A DNA stretch of 64,000 bases, taken from positions 50,964,001-51,028,000 of the forward strand of contig OZ296650.1 of assembly GCA_965655095.1 (NCBI GenBank), in the 5' to 3' direction. This document shows positions 1 to 10,329 of the stretch, piece after piece. Within the stretch, counting starts at the first letter, position 1; the number at the start of each line of letters is the position of its first letter. Position numbers and translations under genes: made by a program. The notes beneath the pieces were generated by a model, which searched no databases, had not been told where the DNA came from, and was given only the letters and a program-made list of their open reading frames with translations. The DNA comes from Haplodiscus bocki (taxonomy: Eukaryota).

Positions 1-362
1 TTCTGCAGAAAGTACGAAAATTTTTCTCTCAAAACGCGAAAAAATAATGAAAGTATAATTTTTCTCAAAAATTCAAAAATGCTTCTCTGGGCACGTAGAA
101 TGCAGTTTTGACAACCCAAAAGTCCTAAACTTTTCACTCAAATGCGGGAAACTTTATAAATTTATAATTTTTTTCTCCAAAACGTTCCTCTGGACAAGTA
201 TTGAAGTTTTTTTGCACAAAAAAATCAGAAAATTTTTAACTTTGGAAAAATTAGAAAAAATATGAAGAGTATTTTTTGGGCAAAAAACGTTTTCATTCTC
301 TTAAAAGGCATCATTAATGGAAGAGGAAGGAAAATATGCCGGTGGTAGCCGGTCGTTTGTTA
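1..362 (+). repeat. 3' part of a dispersed non-autonomous repeat (Helitron-like terminus)
   Basis: Ends in GGAAAATAT-GCCGG-TGGTAG-CCGG-TCGTTTGTT (hairpin 338-352). Related ends recur at about 1498-1532, 4176-4211, 6432-6470 and 32250-32291. The internal GTAGAATGCAGTTTTGACAAC unit recurs inverted at about 49220-49390. Confidence 0.5.
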
Positions 363-1224
363 ATACATAAGTTCATGCACATTTTATATTATTGTCAAAA
401 TGTGTGTAAAGTTTGAGAGTACTTCATGAATGGTCGTGGTCAACTTTCGTTTAAAATTCTTCGGAGAGTGTAACAATAGAGTCCGACTTGCTCTTTTGAA
501 GAAGAAGATTCAATTTACACCTATTGGCAGCAAGTCTGTTGTTAAAGTCATGTAATAGTCGAACTTTATCTGAAGTTTCATTCAAAAAAAGCTCAAAAAT
601 TAAAGCGCGTTTTGCTTCCATAATATCAAGGCATGATCCGTAACTTTCATAACCTATTATTACCAACACACTGCTGATTACACTCATTGATCAGCAGAAA
701 ATTAAGCAAAACAAAATCGAATTCGACTGTTTGATCCTTCAGGTTCCATAGTGCACATCAAGATGGAGTTTTACAGGGTCGCCTCAATTTCGCCCACATA
801 CCATTTATTTCAATTCAATTGAGTCTTAAATGGTTAGGGCTTCTGGCTTTGAAAACAGACTTTGAAAAGTGATGATCATAGCACCATCTTCCAGGGAAAT
901 ATATTCAGTATTTCTTAGTATCCTACATTTTTCGGATTAGACTAGAAATGGATGGTTCCGAAAAGAGTTGAACTATTTTCGGTGATAAGGTTCTGTGAGC
1001 CTCCTGACTTGGGAGTAATCTGTTTCGAAGTACCGTGGTAGAAGCACTTTTTGTCCTTAGAATTAGTACTCATAATTTTGTCAGTTATTATTTTTATTTT
1101 CTGCCCACATTAAGATACCGAAAAATCATCCACTCAACGCCGTTTTTTTACGTTTAATTGCCAACTGAAAATGTCCCAAGGTCCGATGGTTCTGAATTTG
1201 ATTTTTTTTCAATCCCCAAATTAT

Positions 1225-1535
1225 AACAAATTTGCCGTAGAATGCGACTGAAATAGAAAATATTTCTCAAATACGGACGTAGTTTGGGTTTTGAGAAAAA
1301 ATGTTTTTTTTTCAGAAAAAAAACTTCGTTCTTTTTTCAAAATCGGTCAAGGTGGAAAATTTGAATGCGTATCAAATATTATTTTCAAATGTCTGTTTTC
1401 CACCTAAATTGAAGTTTTGCAAAAAATCAGAAAAAACTTTCAATCTCGAATAAAAATAACGCTTTCATCCTTCTAAAAAGCATCTTTAACAAAGTTGGAG
1501 GGCGGAAAATATCCCAGGGGTAGTCGCGTGTTTTA
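1225..1535 (+). repeat. Copy of the same dispersed repeat family
   Basis: Contains AAATTTGCCGTAGAATGCGACTG (also at about 2090 and 31938) and ends in a degenerate GGAGGGCGGAAAATATCCCAGGGGTAGTCG version of the hairpin end. Confidence 0.5.
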
Positions 1536-2414
1536 TTGATATTAATGACAAATGTTCAATTTTCCGCAAGCGCAACATTTTCAAAATTGTGGACGATGCA
1601 GCTTGCAGGCAATTTTGTATCAAGTCAGCTTTTAGTACGAGAGTACCCGAACATTAAACCGTTTTAGCAAGAAGCCTGAGCTCCTTTCGAGCGCTTCCTG
1701 GTTTTGCTTCGTTTCCTCTGAAAGCCCCTTTGAGGCCATAATTTTCCACAACACCAAAGTGCCCCTACGTTTTTGTGCACAGCAAGACAATTTTTTCTTC
1801 CAGAAATATGACGGTCAAGCTGCTGAATGGAGCTGTTGCTGAAAGGTAAGCACGACGTGTTAGTCAAAGGTGATCATGATGTGTTAGTAAAATTTTTTCA
1901 CGCTTTGAATTGATAAAGTCCGTAGTCTAACAGCCACCTCGATTTTTTCCGCCATATGAGGGAAATTCATTCTCTCGCCGCGTGCTTTTTTTTCACTTTT
2001 TTACGTTTACCTGGCAATGGCCCGATTCAGGCAAGTTTTGCAAACTGCACGATTTCTAACTTTGAAATTTTTTTGCACCAAATTATAGCAAATGTGCTGT
2101 AGAATGCGTCGAAAATAGTAAAATTTCTTGAAATGCCTTTTTTTAAGAAAAAAGTACGAATTTTTACTAGAAATATTCGAATCAGAAAAGTAACAAATTT
2201 GTTGTAGCAGGCGTTTAAACGGGAACTAAATCTATACAGTAGTGATTTTAAGTAATGCGACTAAGCAATTTCGATACGCTTTACAAAATCCTAAGTGGAG
2301 AAGTAAATAATAGGAGATAAGAGTAAACAAAGGTACTCTGAGAAAGCTCGTTAAAAAGGCTACCACATGGTTATTTCATTTGCCAAAACAAGTACTTCAA
2401 AGATTTAGAAAATT

Positions 2415-3444
2415 GGGGGCAGGACAAAAGAGCCGATTTTAAATGAGACAAAATCGCCGATTTTGCAAACGGGACAAAACCGCCGATTTCGAAAATGAGA
2501 CAAAACCGCCGATTTTGAAAATGAGACAAAACCGCCGATTTCGAAAATGAGACAAAACCGCCGATTTCGAAAATAAGACAAAACCGCCGACTTTGTGAAA
2601 GAGAACAAATTGCTATCAAAACTGTTTCACTGATAAAAGCGTCTTGGCCTAATTATTTATATTATGCAATTCTATTGCTAATTACTATTATAAAATGAGA
2701 TACCACGAACTTAATGCAAATTCCTTCACTTTTTGCGGCTAAGAAATTTTCGAGAATTCCAGCACCAAAGATTTCATTGAAACCCTCGCTTCTATTTTAC
2801 CTAAATTTGTGATACCCACCCTCTATCTTTTGTGTACCAAGCTCCTCTGAATAATTAAAATTTCTCCTGAAAAAACTAAAACAACATTACCAAAAAATTC
2901 AGAAATGGTCATTTCGGATATTTTCGGTTCATGCAATTGAGTATCCATAAAATCAGAAAATTATACGGCGGAAAAATTAAAATAGGTTGTTTTTTGTACT
3001 AGTTTTCTTTAGTTTCATTGGCATTTCATTAGATGACAGAAAATTTAGTTTTGCAGATATTGGGATTATCAATTTTCATAATTTTTTGTTCGTGGCCGTC
3101 CAGAATTTAACTTGGCTTTTCACAAAAACTTAAATTTTGGTCGAATTTTTTTTACTTTGGGTATTTTGGGCTTAGTTATTTTGGGTTTGTTATTTTGCAG
3201 TATAACCATTTCATTACTATATTAGTAATTCATTTGCTCATTATCCGTAATTAGGCCAAGACGCTTTTATCTTGAACAAATTTTATCTTAGCAAAGACTA
3301 GCGATCTGTATTATTATGAATCGGCGATTTTGTCCCACTTTACAATCGGCGGTTTTGTCTCATTATCAAAATCGGCGATTTTGTCCCGTTTTCAAAATCG
3401 GCTGTTTTGTCCCACTCTAAAATCGGCGGTTTTGTCTCGCATCC
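2415..3444. mobile_element. Mutator/Foldback-like non-autonomous element nested in the Tc1-type MITE
   Basis: Direct repeat TAGAAAATT(G) on both sides (2406-2414, 3445-3453; 9-10 bp TSD). Long TIRs are built from a 26-bp tandem unit. A further inner inverted block GATAAAAGCGTCTTGGCCTAATTA lies at about 2632 and 3247-3270. Confidence 0.8.
2420..2600 (+). repeat. 26-bp subterminal tandem repeat GAGACAAAACCGCCGATTTCGAAAAT (about 7 copies; about 5 inverted copies at 3318-3440)
   Basis: Period of 26 read directly (units start at 2497, 2523, 2549). Confidence 0.9.
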
Positions 3445-4785
3445 TAGAAAATTGCGTCCCAAAGTTGAGTAAATAAACTATGCCAGCATTGCGAATAACG
3501 TCTAATTTTGGCAGTTTTCGTAAGAAATCTTGACAATGACACAAGATAGCAAGAAACAAATTACATAATTTGTTAGTTTTGGTTATTTCCCCGAGCTCTT
3601 ATATTTAACACTTTTTTCATAACTTTGAATTTTCAGAAGAAATTGCAAAAAGTAAAAGTATAATTTTAACATCCCATTTTAATACATCGATTTTCAAATT
3701 TAGTAGATTCAAGATGAATTTTGGAATCGTTTTTTATAACTTTTCCTCCGACAGATGATATCAGTTGTCGCAGAAATATAAGGGCATCTATTGATGAAGT
3801 AAGATTCCAATTATTAATTTTTTAAAGTTACGAAATTGTTGAAAGAATGAAAAATTTGGCCAAAAACGCATTTTATAGTTCTTGCTCTATTTGTTGGAAA
3901 TTTTTCAAACAAACACCACTATAATCTCTTAAAAATTCTAAGAATGTTTTATTTCTGGTACTTTTGTCCAAAATGATTATTCCCGAAGTTATTCGTGCTT
4001 TAAGTTGACCTATGCAATAAAGTTGTCGCATTAATTAAAATCACTACTGTATAAAGCCTTTGCCTTTTATTGACCAAATTTAGAGTTTTTTGAAAAATTG
4101 ATTTTTTGCTCAAAAAAACTAATTTTGCAGTTGAATGCCATTTTTTTCATCTAAAACGCAATTAAAACAAAGAGAGTGGAAAGCAGCCCGATGGTAGCCG
4201 GGCGTATTGTTGCAGATTGATGCGAAATGCAAGTGCTTTCTACAAAATCATTATTGCCTGCTTCCAGAAGAGGCCCGGTGGAATACAATCCAGCTAATTC
4301 TACGCACTGGGGATCCATTACAGTTGAAAAAACAATTTAATCACAACAAATTTAAAGAATACACCTACCATAATTCAAATTAGCCAAAACTAAATAAGTA
4401 TCTTTCTAACAACTGGTTTGCAAGCGTACACAAAGTAAACGGATATCTAATTACGAATTAACTTGAGTCTCGTGTATTGAGGTTGATTTTGGAGAAAGAA
4501 GTTTGGAAATTTAGAGAAAATTAAGATTTGAATTAAGCTTTAATACGAAGACCAAAAAGTGATAAAGACAATTTCAAAACCAAAAACCCATAGCTGTTGG
4601 TATAATAAGGAATAGCGCTCTCTATCTAATATGAAAGCATATCTGTATTTGAATTTTTGTTTGTTTGTGTTCACAATGGGGAAGCGAAATTCGGACGGAA
4701 TCGAGATTGCAACCCGCGTGCACAGCAGTCAGAAAGGGCTGACATGGCCAATGTATAAATATCCGATGAGTCAAGTGAAACACAA

Positions 4786-4967
4786 TTATTTTTCATCGTC
4801 AGAGGAAACAAGAGCTTTGAATGCTTCTACAAGTTCATGTGGGATCAATAAATTGGTGTCTGTGAGAGTAGTGCGGAAAACTTCAAGAAGTTTCAAACAT
4901 ATCAAGTCATACACGCGCGTTGTTGGATGCAGGAAATCTGACATGTCACCCTCGTCAATCTGCCCAT
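4786..4967 (-). CDS. PAFAH1B2: PAF-acetylhydrolase IB alpha-subunit homologue, exon 3 (last coding exon; missed by the ORF track)
   Basis: Acceptor ttttag at 4968. A phase-1 join gives DGQIDEGDMSDFLHPTTRVY...SSDDEK* (TAA 4786-4788), matching the SGNH block V DGTISHHDMYDYLHL of mammalian PAFAH1B2/3. Confidence 0.9.
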
Positions 4968-5170
4968 CTAAAACACAACATGCACAACACGTGAATCCTT
5001 AGTTGTCCAAGTTGTCCAACAGGTTGCATCTTTACAGATATTCGCACCCCTGACGAACACAAATCCGCTATTTTTTCGCCCCATATTTCAAAATAAATTT
5101 GGAAGAAAAAATATTCGATCGGTAAAGGCGTTTTTTGTCAATTTTTAATACTTGTAAAAAATTTAATAAA

Positions 5171-5231
5171 GAGGGTTTCGAACCACCAGTCTTCGACTTC
5201 GGAGACTCGTGACATTACCACCATTGACCGC
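5171..5231 (-). repeat. tRNA-derived SINE head or tRNA pseudogene fragment
   Basis: Minus strand reads GGTCAATGGTGGTAATG (A-box-like) ... GGTTCGAAACC (B box) at tRNA-like spacing; the cloverleaf is imperfect. Confidence 0.4.
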
Positions 5232-5636
5232 AATAATTCATGCACACTTTTCTGGAAAATCACGCTCATTTCCCCCCAAAAATCACACGAAAAATATACA
5301 CAGAAATCACTAATTCAGGCTTTTTACAGCTATATTTTCGGCATTTTTGGAACTATAATTCTTCTTTTTGATCTGAAAGAAATAAAGTCAGTCATAAGTT
5401 ATCAGATAGGAAAAAAACGATGGCAAATATTGCAAATTTAAGTTTATCTCAATTGATAGTTTGTTGTATTTTTCGCAAATATTTCTTGATCTATTTCAAA
5501 TTTGGTTCAAAAATCACGCTAATATACTGATTTCAGCTTAAAATCACGGCTTCTAATTGGTCCAAAGTTCACGCAAAAATCACGGCGTGAATTGATGCGG
5601 TCCCTAATTACCACTATATCATAACACTACAACAAA

Positions 5637-6416
5637 CAGTAGTGTCAGAAAAAAATGGAACCCTCATAAGTGAATTAATAATGAAACGCTACATATACTT
5701 CGGTAATACTCAAAAACAACTGAAAATCACAAGTTATGGTCGAAACAAAAGTTTCTTAGAAATTTATCTAGTTTACAATGGTCTTCCTTTGAAACTTCTA
5801 GGATCAATAGTATAGAAGTTAGGAGATTTTGCATCTCTATTTATTAAGATAGGAGGTTGACTTCGCATCACAACTTTCGATGTTTTAAGTATCTTCTACT
5901 CCGTTTTTGTTTACATTTCATGTACTGTTAAGATGTCTTTCATCTACTGATTACACTCACAAGTTGGCAGCTCCCCAGTGGTTACATTCCTTGAGAAAAA
6001 GTATCATTCCCAATGTTACTACGTTGTAAAGGTGGTCATGCATCAAGGAATGTCTATGTATTTTGATAGTGTAAACACTGGGGCGCTGCCAACTTCTGAG
6101 TGTAATCAGTAGATGAAAGGCATCTTAACAGTACATGAAATGTAAACAAAAATGGAGTAGAATGTACTTAAAACATCGAAAGTTGTGATGCATAGTCAAC
6201 CTATCTTAATACATAGAGATGCAAAATCTCCTAACTTCTATAATAATGATCCTAGAAGTTTCGAAGAAAGACCATTGTAAACTAGATAAAATTCTAAGAA
6301 ACTTTTGTTTCGAACATAACTTGTGATTTTTTGTTGTTTTTGAGTATTACGCAAGTATATGTATCGTTCCAGTATTAATTCACAAATAAAGGTTCCTTTC
6401 TTTTCTCACACTACTG
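5637..6416. mobile_element. Fold-back (palindromic) MITE with CAGTAGTG termini, in PAFAH intron 2
   Basis: About 350-bp arms (5637 to about 5986, and about 6071 to 6416) are near-perfect reverse complements. TA follows the right end. The terminal octamer matches that of the 2237-4049 element. Confidence 0.88.
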
Positions 6417-6714
6417 TAGATTTAATACACATGGGCGATAACAATGATGGTGCCAGCCGGCCGTCTTGTTTCAATTAAATTTAATCGAAAGTACTTCACT
6501 AGAAATCCACTTGCATACAAAAGAAGTAGCTTAACTGAAAGTAAGAATAACATTCAAACGAGCATGGTGACCGTAGCATAAAACTTTGTTGAAAAGCCCA
6601 TAATTGGGAACCAAAAAGCAGCCAAACCCTTCGTTAACTGATATCTTAATCAATTCATTTGAACGAAAGTCAATTTACAAAGTAAATAGATGCGAATCTT
6701 TTCTGATAACAAAT

Positions 6715-6921
6715 CCACCCCCCCCCCACAGTAGGAACTCAAAATTTAACGCTCTCCCTCCCCCCTCCCCAAGCAGAAGCGAACTCGTCTCTGATTGGCT
6801 AAAATTCACTCGCGCGTGATTTAAAACGTTACGACGCTTATTATTTCGCATATCCACTATGGTGGGTGGGGGGGGGGGGTCGAGTTAAATCAGTGGGGGG
6901 GGGGGGGGGGGGGGAGGAGGG
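6715..6921. repeat. Opposed C-rich and G-rich homopolymer tracts
   Basis: C runs at 6715-6770 and G runs at 6861-6921, with short inverted matches (ATTTAAC / GTTAAAT). Confidence 0.6.
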
Positions 6922-6963
6922 ATTAAAAGAAAAGATCCATAGATGCAAGTACCAGCGGCTAAC

Positions 6964-7164
6964 CTGATTGCACGAGATCAAGGTCATCAACATCAATGAA
7001 AACACAGTTGGGAACTTCGGTGAGTAAAACACTAAGTTGTTTGTTTATCTCATCATTTTTCAGTCTGAGACTATTCGGTCGAGGCCCACGGGGTAACAAG
7101 CCCAAAAAGAGAAGCTTGGACCGGGGGTACTGCGTGGAGAGACATTTCATGACACTCACAACAC
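6964..7164 (-). CDS. PAFAH1B2: PAF-acetylhydrolase IB alpha-subunit homologue, exon 2
   Basis: Acceptor ggcag at 7165, donor TCAG|gttagc at 6963. Encodes GVVSVMKCLSTQYPRSKLLFLGLLPRGPRPNSLRLKN, matching the LGLLPRG..PN.LR.KN family motif. Confidence 0.92.
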
Positions 7165-7951
7165 CTGCCACAATCTAAAGCACTCGTTGATATACTACTC
7201 GGTCACTACCTATATTAATACACAGTAACGGAAGTCGACCCAAAAATTCTAATGTGAATAGACAGAACAGCCCAATTAACTTAAACAGGAGCTTTTATTT
7301 ATAGGCTGAATACTCCACATGAAATCACTGCACCATAACACCATTTTAGCAGACAATGACTTTTCTTGAAACTTATTTGCATAATTCCAATGAAAATTAT
7401 GAGATAGTTAATATTCTAAGATTCTTTCGTCGGCGCTTTTCAATTAAGCAAAAGTGACCGACTATTACAATGGCTAATTTTTTTTCACCAAGTATTCGTC
7501 AAAAATGAAGTCGATTTCGTGAAAGAGTGGTGATAAAAAAGCTATTTTTTACTACCAAATAGTACCAGTGCAGATAACTTGCAAAAGTAAAATTTGAAAA
7601 CACCAAAGGCCCTCCCTACGATTTTTTTCGGCAATGTGAGAACAGTTTTGTGAGCAAAAACTTTTCTTGGAAAAAACCATAACATTTTCAAAACATCAGC
7701 CTCCCCCTTCAGGTACATTGAGCCTTACGGGCGGTGCCGACTTGGGTCGTTCTCAGCTCCTTCCATTTTAATACGAAAGAAAAATCGGAGAAGCTTTTTT
7801 TGCATTTTACTGCCCTTACTATTAAGAAACTTCCTTTTCCCCATTTGTACATGAGTGCAAATAAAGTTTCGCATTTTTGCCATTTGCGTAACTTAAAGAC
7901 ACAAAGACAAGCAAATTCATGGTAATAAAGATCACAAATGTGAAGTTGTAC

Positions 7952-8357
7952 CACCACTAACTTCTTCGGTGTTGGAGTCATACATTTCAGTTCCAACGTG
8001 CACAACGAACACTTTGGGTTTGAGACCTTCAAATGGTTCGATCCAATCAACATTTCCCTGGTGAGGAGAAGCCCACTGTTGAATGCGCCATAAGATATGT
8101 TGGGTCGCATCACCAGGAATACTGAAATTAACGGCGTGCATCGGAGCCAAAACTTTGTTCCAGGCAGAGTTTAAACCCAAGTGGTACAAAATGGTATCTC
8201 CAACAAAGACTATCTCTGGATCACTTCTTGTTGCTTTACGGAGATGGCACATGTGTTGGGCCATCCACCTGTCATCTCCATGAATATCTTCTCGTTCCGT
8301 CGCAACACATGTTTTCAAAGATTGGTAACCGTTCATACAACAATTGTTCGAAGACAT
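7952..8357 (-). CDS. PAFAH1B2: PAF-acetylhydrolase IB alpha-subunit homologue (SGNH hydrolase fold, co-orthologue of PAFAH1B2/3), exon 1; spliced CDS 789 nt = 262 aa
   Basis: EDIHGDDRWMAQH, PEIVFVGDT, HAVNFSIPGDATQHILWRI and KPKVFVVHVGT align with PAFAH1B motifs. Donor G|gtacaa at 7951. Exon lengths 406+201+182 keep frame. Confidence 0.92.
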
Positions 8358-8364
8358 TCAAACT

Positions 8365-8370
8365 CTGAAA
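8365..8370 (-). promoter_or_regulatory. TTTCAG splice acceptor 7 nt upstream of the PAFAH ATG (candidate trans-splice or alternative acceptor)
   Basis: Minus strand reads aaaacatttcag|agtttgaATG. The same hexamer precedes the RPL11 ATG. Confidence 0.55.
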
Positions 8371-8458
8371 TGTTTTCTGGTGAAATTTCAAGGTTACTTG
8401 CAAGATTTCTGTTTCGTCAAGCGGGCATTTCCGAGAAAAAAGAACAGGCATTAGAAAC

Positions 8459-8894
8459 TTAATTCATAATGATACCATCATATTTCTGTTGGAACCATTT
8501 CATTGATTCATCCTTGCCAACAAGGTGGGCCTTTCCAACACGGTTCTGACAACGTCGTCTTTTAGACACAGAGTAACCATTTCGGCCCAACACAACGAAG
8601 AAGTGCATTCCGTAGATGCCAATACCAGGATCGTATTTGATTCCCAAATCAATGTGCTCTTGGATTCCAAACCCAAAGTTTCCAGTATCGGAGAAGTTGC
8701 ATTTTCTCAATTCATATTCTTTTACTTTCAGACCCCTCTCGAGAAGTTCTTCAGCTTTCTCGCCCCGAACAGTGCAGTGAACAGCAATCTTTTCATTCCT
8801 TCGGATGCCAAAAGAACGGATGGTGTATCTGGCCTTCGAGGATACAGGCGTCTGGCCAGTAAGCTGCTCCAACACCTTTGAGGCTCGAGTCAAC
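8459..8894 (-). CDS. RPL11: 60S ribosomal protein L11 (uL5), coding exon 2
   Basis: [42 protein letters not shown]...[24 protein letters not shown] is diagnostic. Acceptor ttgtag at 8895; stop TAA 8459-8461. Confidence 0.97.
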
Positions 8895-9110
8895 CTACAA
8901 CATTGAAATTAACTAGTTGTACAAGTACGGAAGCGTAAGAGTATCATTTACTTGTGGATACCATAAAAATTCACAAGATGTAATTATAAGCAATGTATTG
9001 TTAGGACCATCGTTATAAGTAACAATAGAGCTAATTAAAAGGTAAGGAAAACCGCTAACAATACTAGTAAAGCCCACTTAGTTTTCCCTTGGTCTTCCAC
9101 TAAGTTTTCG

Positions 9111-9748
9111 CTGACTAATCGCGAATATTGCCATTTTTGCAGCTCCATATCTCAAGACAACAAAGAATACTTAAAATTAAAATTTTCTTACATCTTCATC
9201 TAGCTTACAACAGTTTGTTTGAAAATCTTGCCATCATTATTAGTTTGAAAGTTACATACTGTCATTTATTGTAGCGTTTTCGAGACTTCCAATTTTTAAC
9301 TGGTTAACATTTTCGAGCAAAATTGTACCCAAGCGACGCCTCAATCTCGTGAAGCTTGGGGTTTGTTCCAATTCCAGGAGTAATCGAAATTCCGAGAAAG
9401 GTATTCCTATAAAAAAATGAGATTCTACATGCATTAGGCTGCGAAAATGGTTTTTCTCAAGATTTCGCATATTTCTGGAACTGAAGCAAATCATAAGCTG
9501 TAATATTCTAGATGTCGGTTGGACACAATTTTCCTCAAAATTGCTTTTTTAACACAGGTCAAAATTTGAAAATACACAAAAACGCCAAAAACTGAGTCTG
9601 TAACATTCAAACTAATGATAGCAGGATTTTCAAAGAACTAATGTGAACTATACGAAAATTTAGGGTACCTTTAATATTCGGCTTTTAATAGCTTTTGCAA
9701 TTTTGAGATAACGAGCTCCAAAAATGTCAATGTTTCGCGCTCAGTCAG
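9111..9748. mobile_element. Diverged inverted-repeat MITE in the RPL11 intron
   Basis: About 155-bp arms: CTGACTAATCGCGAATATTGCCATTTTTGCAGCTC...TTAGTTTGAAAGTTACA at the left matches the reverse complement of about 9590-9748. Confidence 0.7.
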
Positions 9749-10114
9749 ATTCTTCTATCACATCACTGTAGTAGCCCCGTGACGCACGCTAAAGCTCCAT
9801 GACGCACGCGTTACAACTTCCTGGATTCAGAAATTTCACACATGGAAGGAAACGCGTAATTAACTACAGATAAAAATGGCGAGACAGCTCTCACAGTCGA
9901 ACACTCCCACTTTCGATAGATAGTCAGGGTGTCGAGGATACTTCATATTTCTCAAAATATAGCAGTATGGATTGGAAGATGAATACATCTGGGACTTTGG
10001 TTATTTGAGTTATCAAAATTCATAAATTCATCAAGATTGAAGCTACTCTGTTACATTCCTCTGCTTAAAATATTTAGCTAGAAAATTATGAAGTTTCAAA
10101 ATAAATGTTCCAAC

Positions 10115-10233
10115 CTGTCACCACTTTCTCCAACACCGATGTTCAGACAGAGTTTGAGAATCTTGATTTCCCGATTAGGGTTGCTTTTCTTGCTATCGGA
10201 CAGGGTGGACTTCTTTTCACCTTTCTTTACCAT
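10115..10233 (-). CDS. RPL11: 60S ribosomal protein L11 (uL5), coding exon 1; spliced CDS 555 nt = 184 aa
   Basis: MVKKGEKKSTLSDSKKSNPNREIKILKLCLNIGVGESGDR. Donor GACAG|gttgga at 10114 joins exon 2 in phase 2 to give GDRLTRA; intron 8895-10114. Confidence 0.93.
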
Positions 10234-10247
10234 TTTTTCAGTACGAT

Positions 10248-10329
10248 CTGAAATTATATTAATATAGAGCTCTGTTTGGACATTTAGATATTTTTTCAAG
10301 CGTTTCGGACACGGTTTGGAGTCACTTAC
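10248..10329 (-). other. Putative 82-nt 5'UTR intron (or outron) of RPL11
   Basis: GTAAGT at 10329-10324 and a TTTCAG acceptor ending at 10248, 14 nt before the ATG. Confidence 0.5.

Larger units (their letters stand above)
2237..4049. mobile_element. Tc1/mariner-type non-autonomous element (MITE)
   Basis: 25-bp TIRs CAGTAGTGATTTTAA(G/T)TAATGCGAC with 1 mismatch, TA on both flanks (2235-2236, 4050-4051), no transposase ORF. Confidence 0.85.

Noticed and set aside
2371-2619. Repetitive 82-aa and 67-aa ORFs, and an array superficially like CRISPR
   Set aside because: They are translations of the 26-bp head-to-tail subterminal repeat of a MITE. There are no unique spacers or cas genes, and the context is eukaryotic.
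4631-5002. 123-aa plus-strand ORF
   Set aside because: Antisense shadow of PAFAH exon 3.
5171-5231. Functional tRNA gene
   Set aside because: The acceptor and anticodon stems do not pair properly; kept only as a SINE-like remnant.
8358-8458. RPL11-PAFAH fusion by simple stop readthrough
   Set aside because: The 101-nt spacer is out of frame and has a TGA 14 codons after the RPL11 stop. Removing the 33-nt pseudo-intron does not restore frame.
8895-10114. Intronic snoRNA in RPL11
   Set aside because: Only an isolated TGATGA, with no suitably spaced CTGA or terminal stem; most of the intron is MITE sequence.
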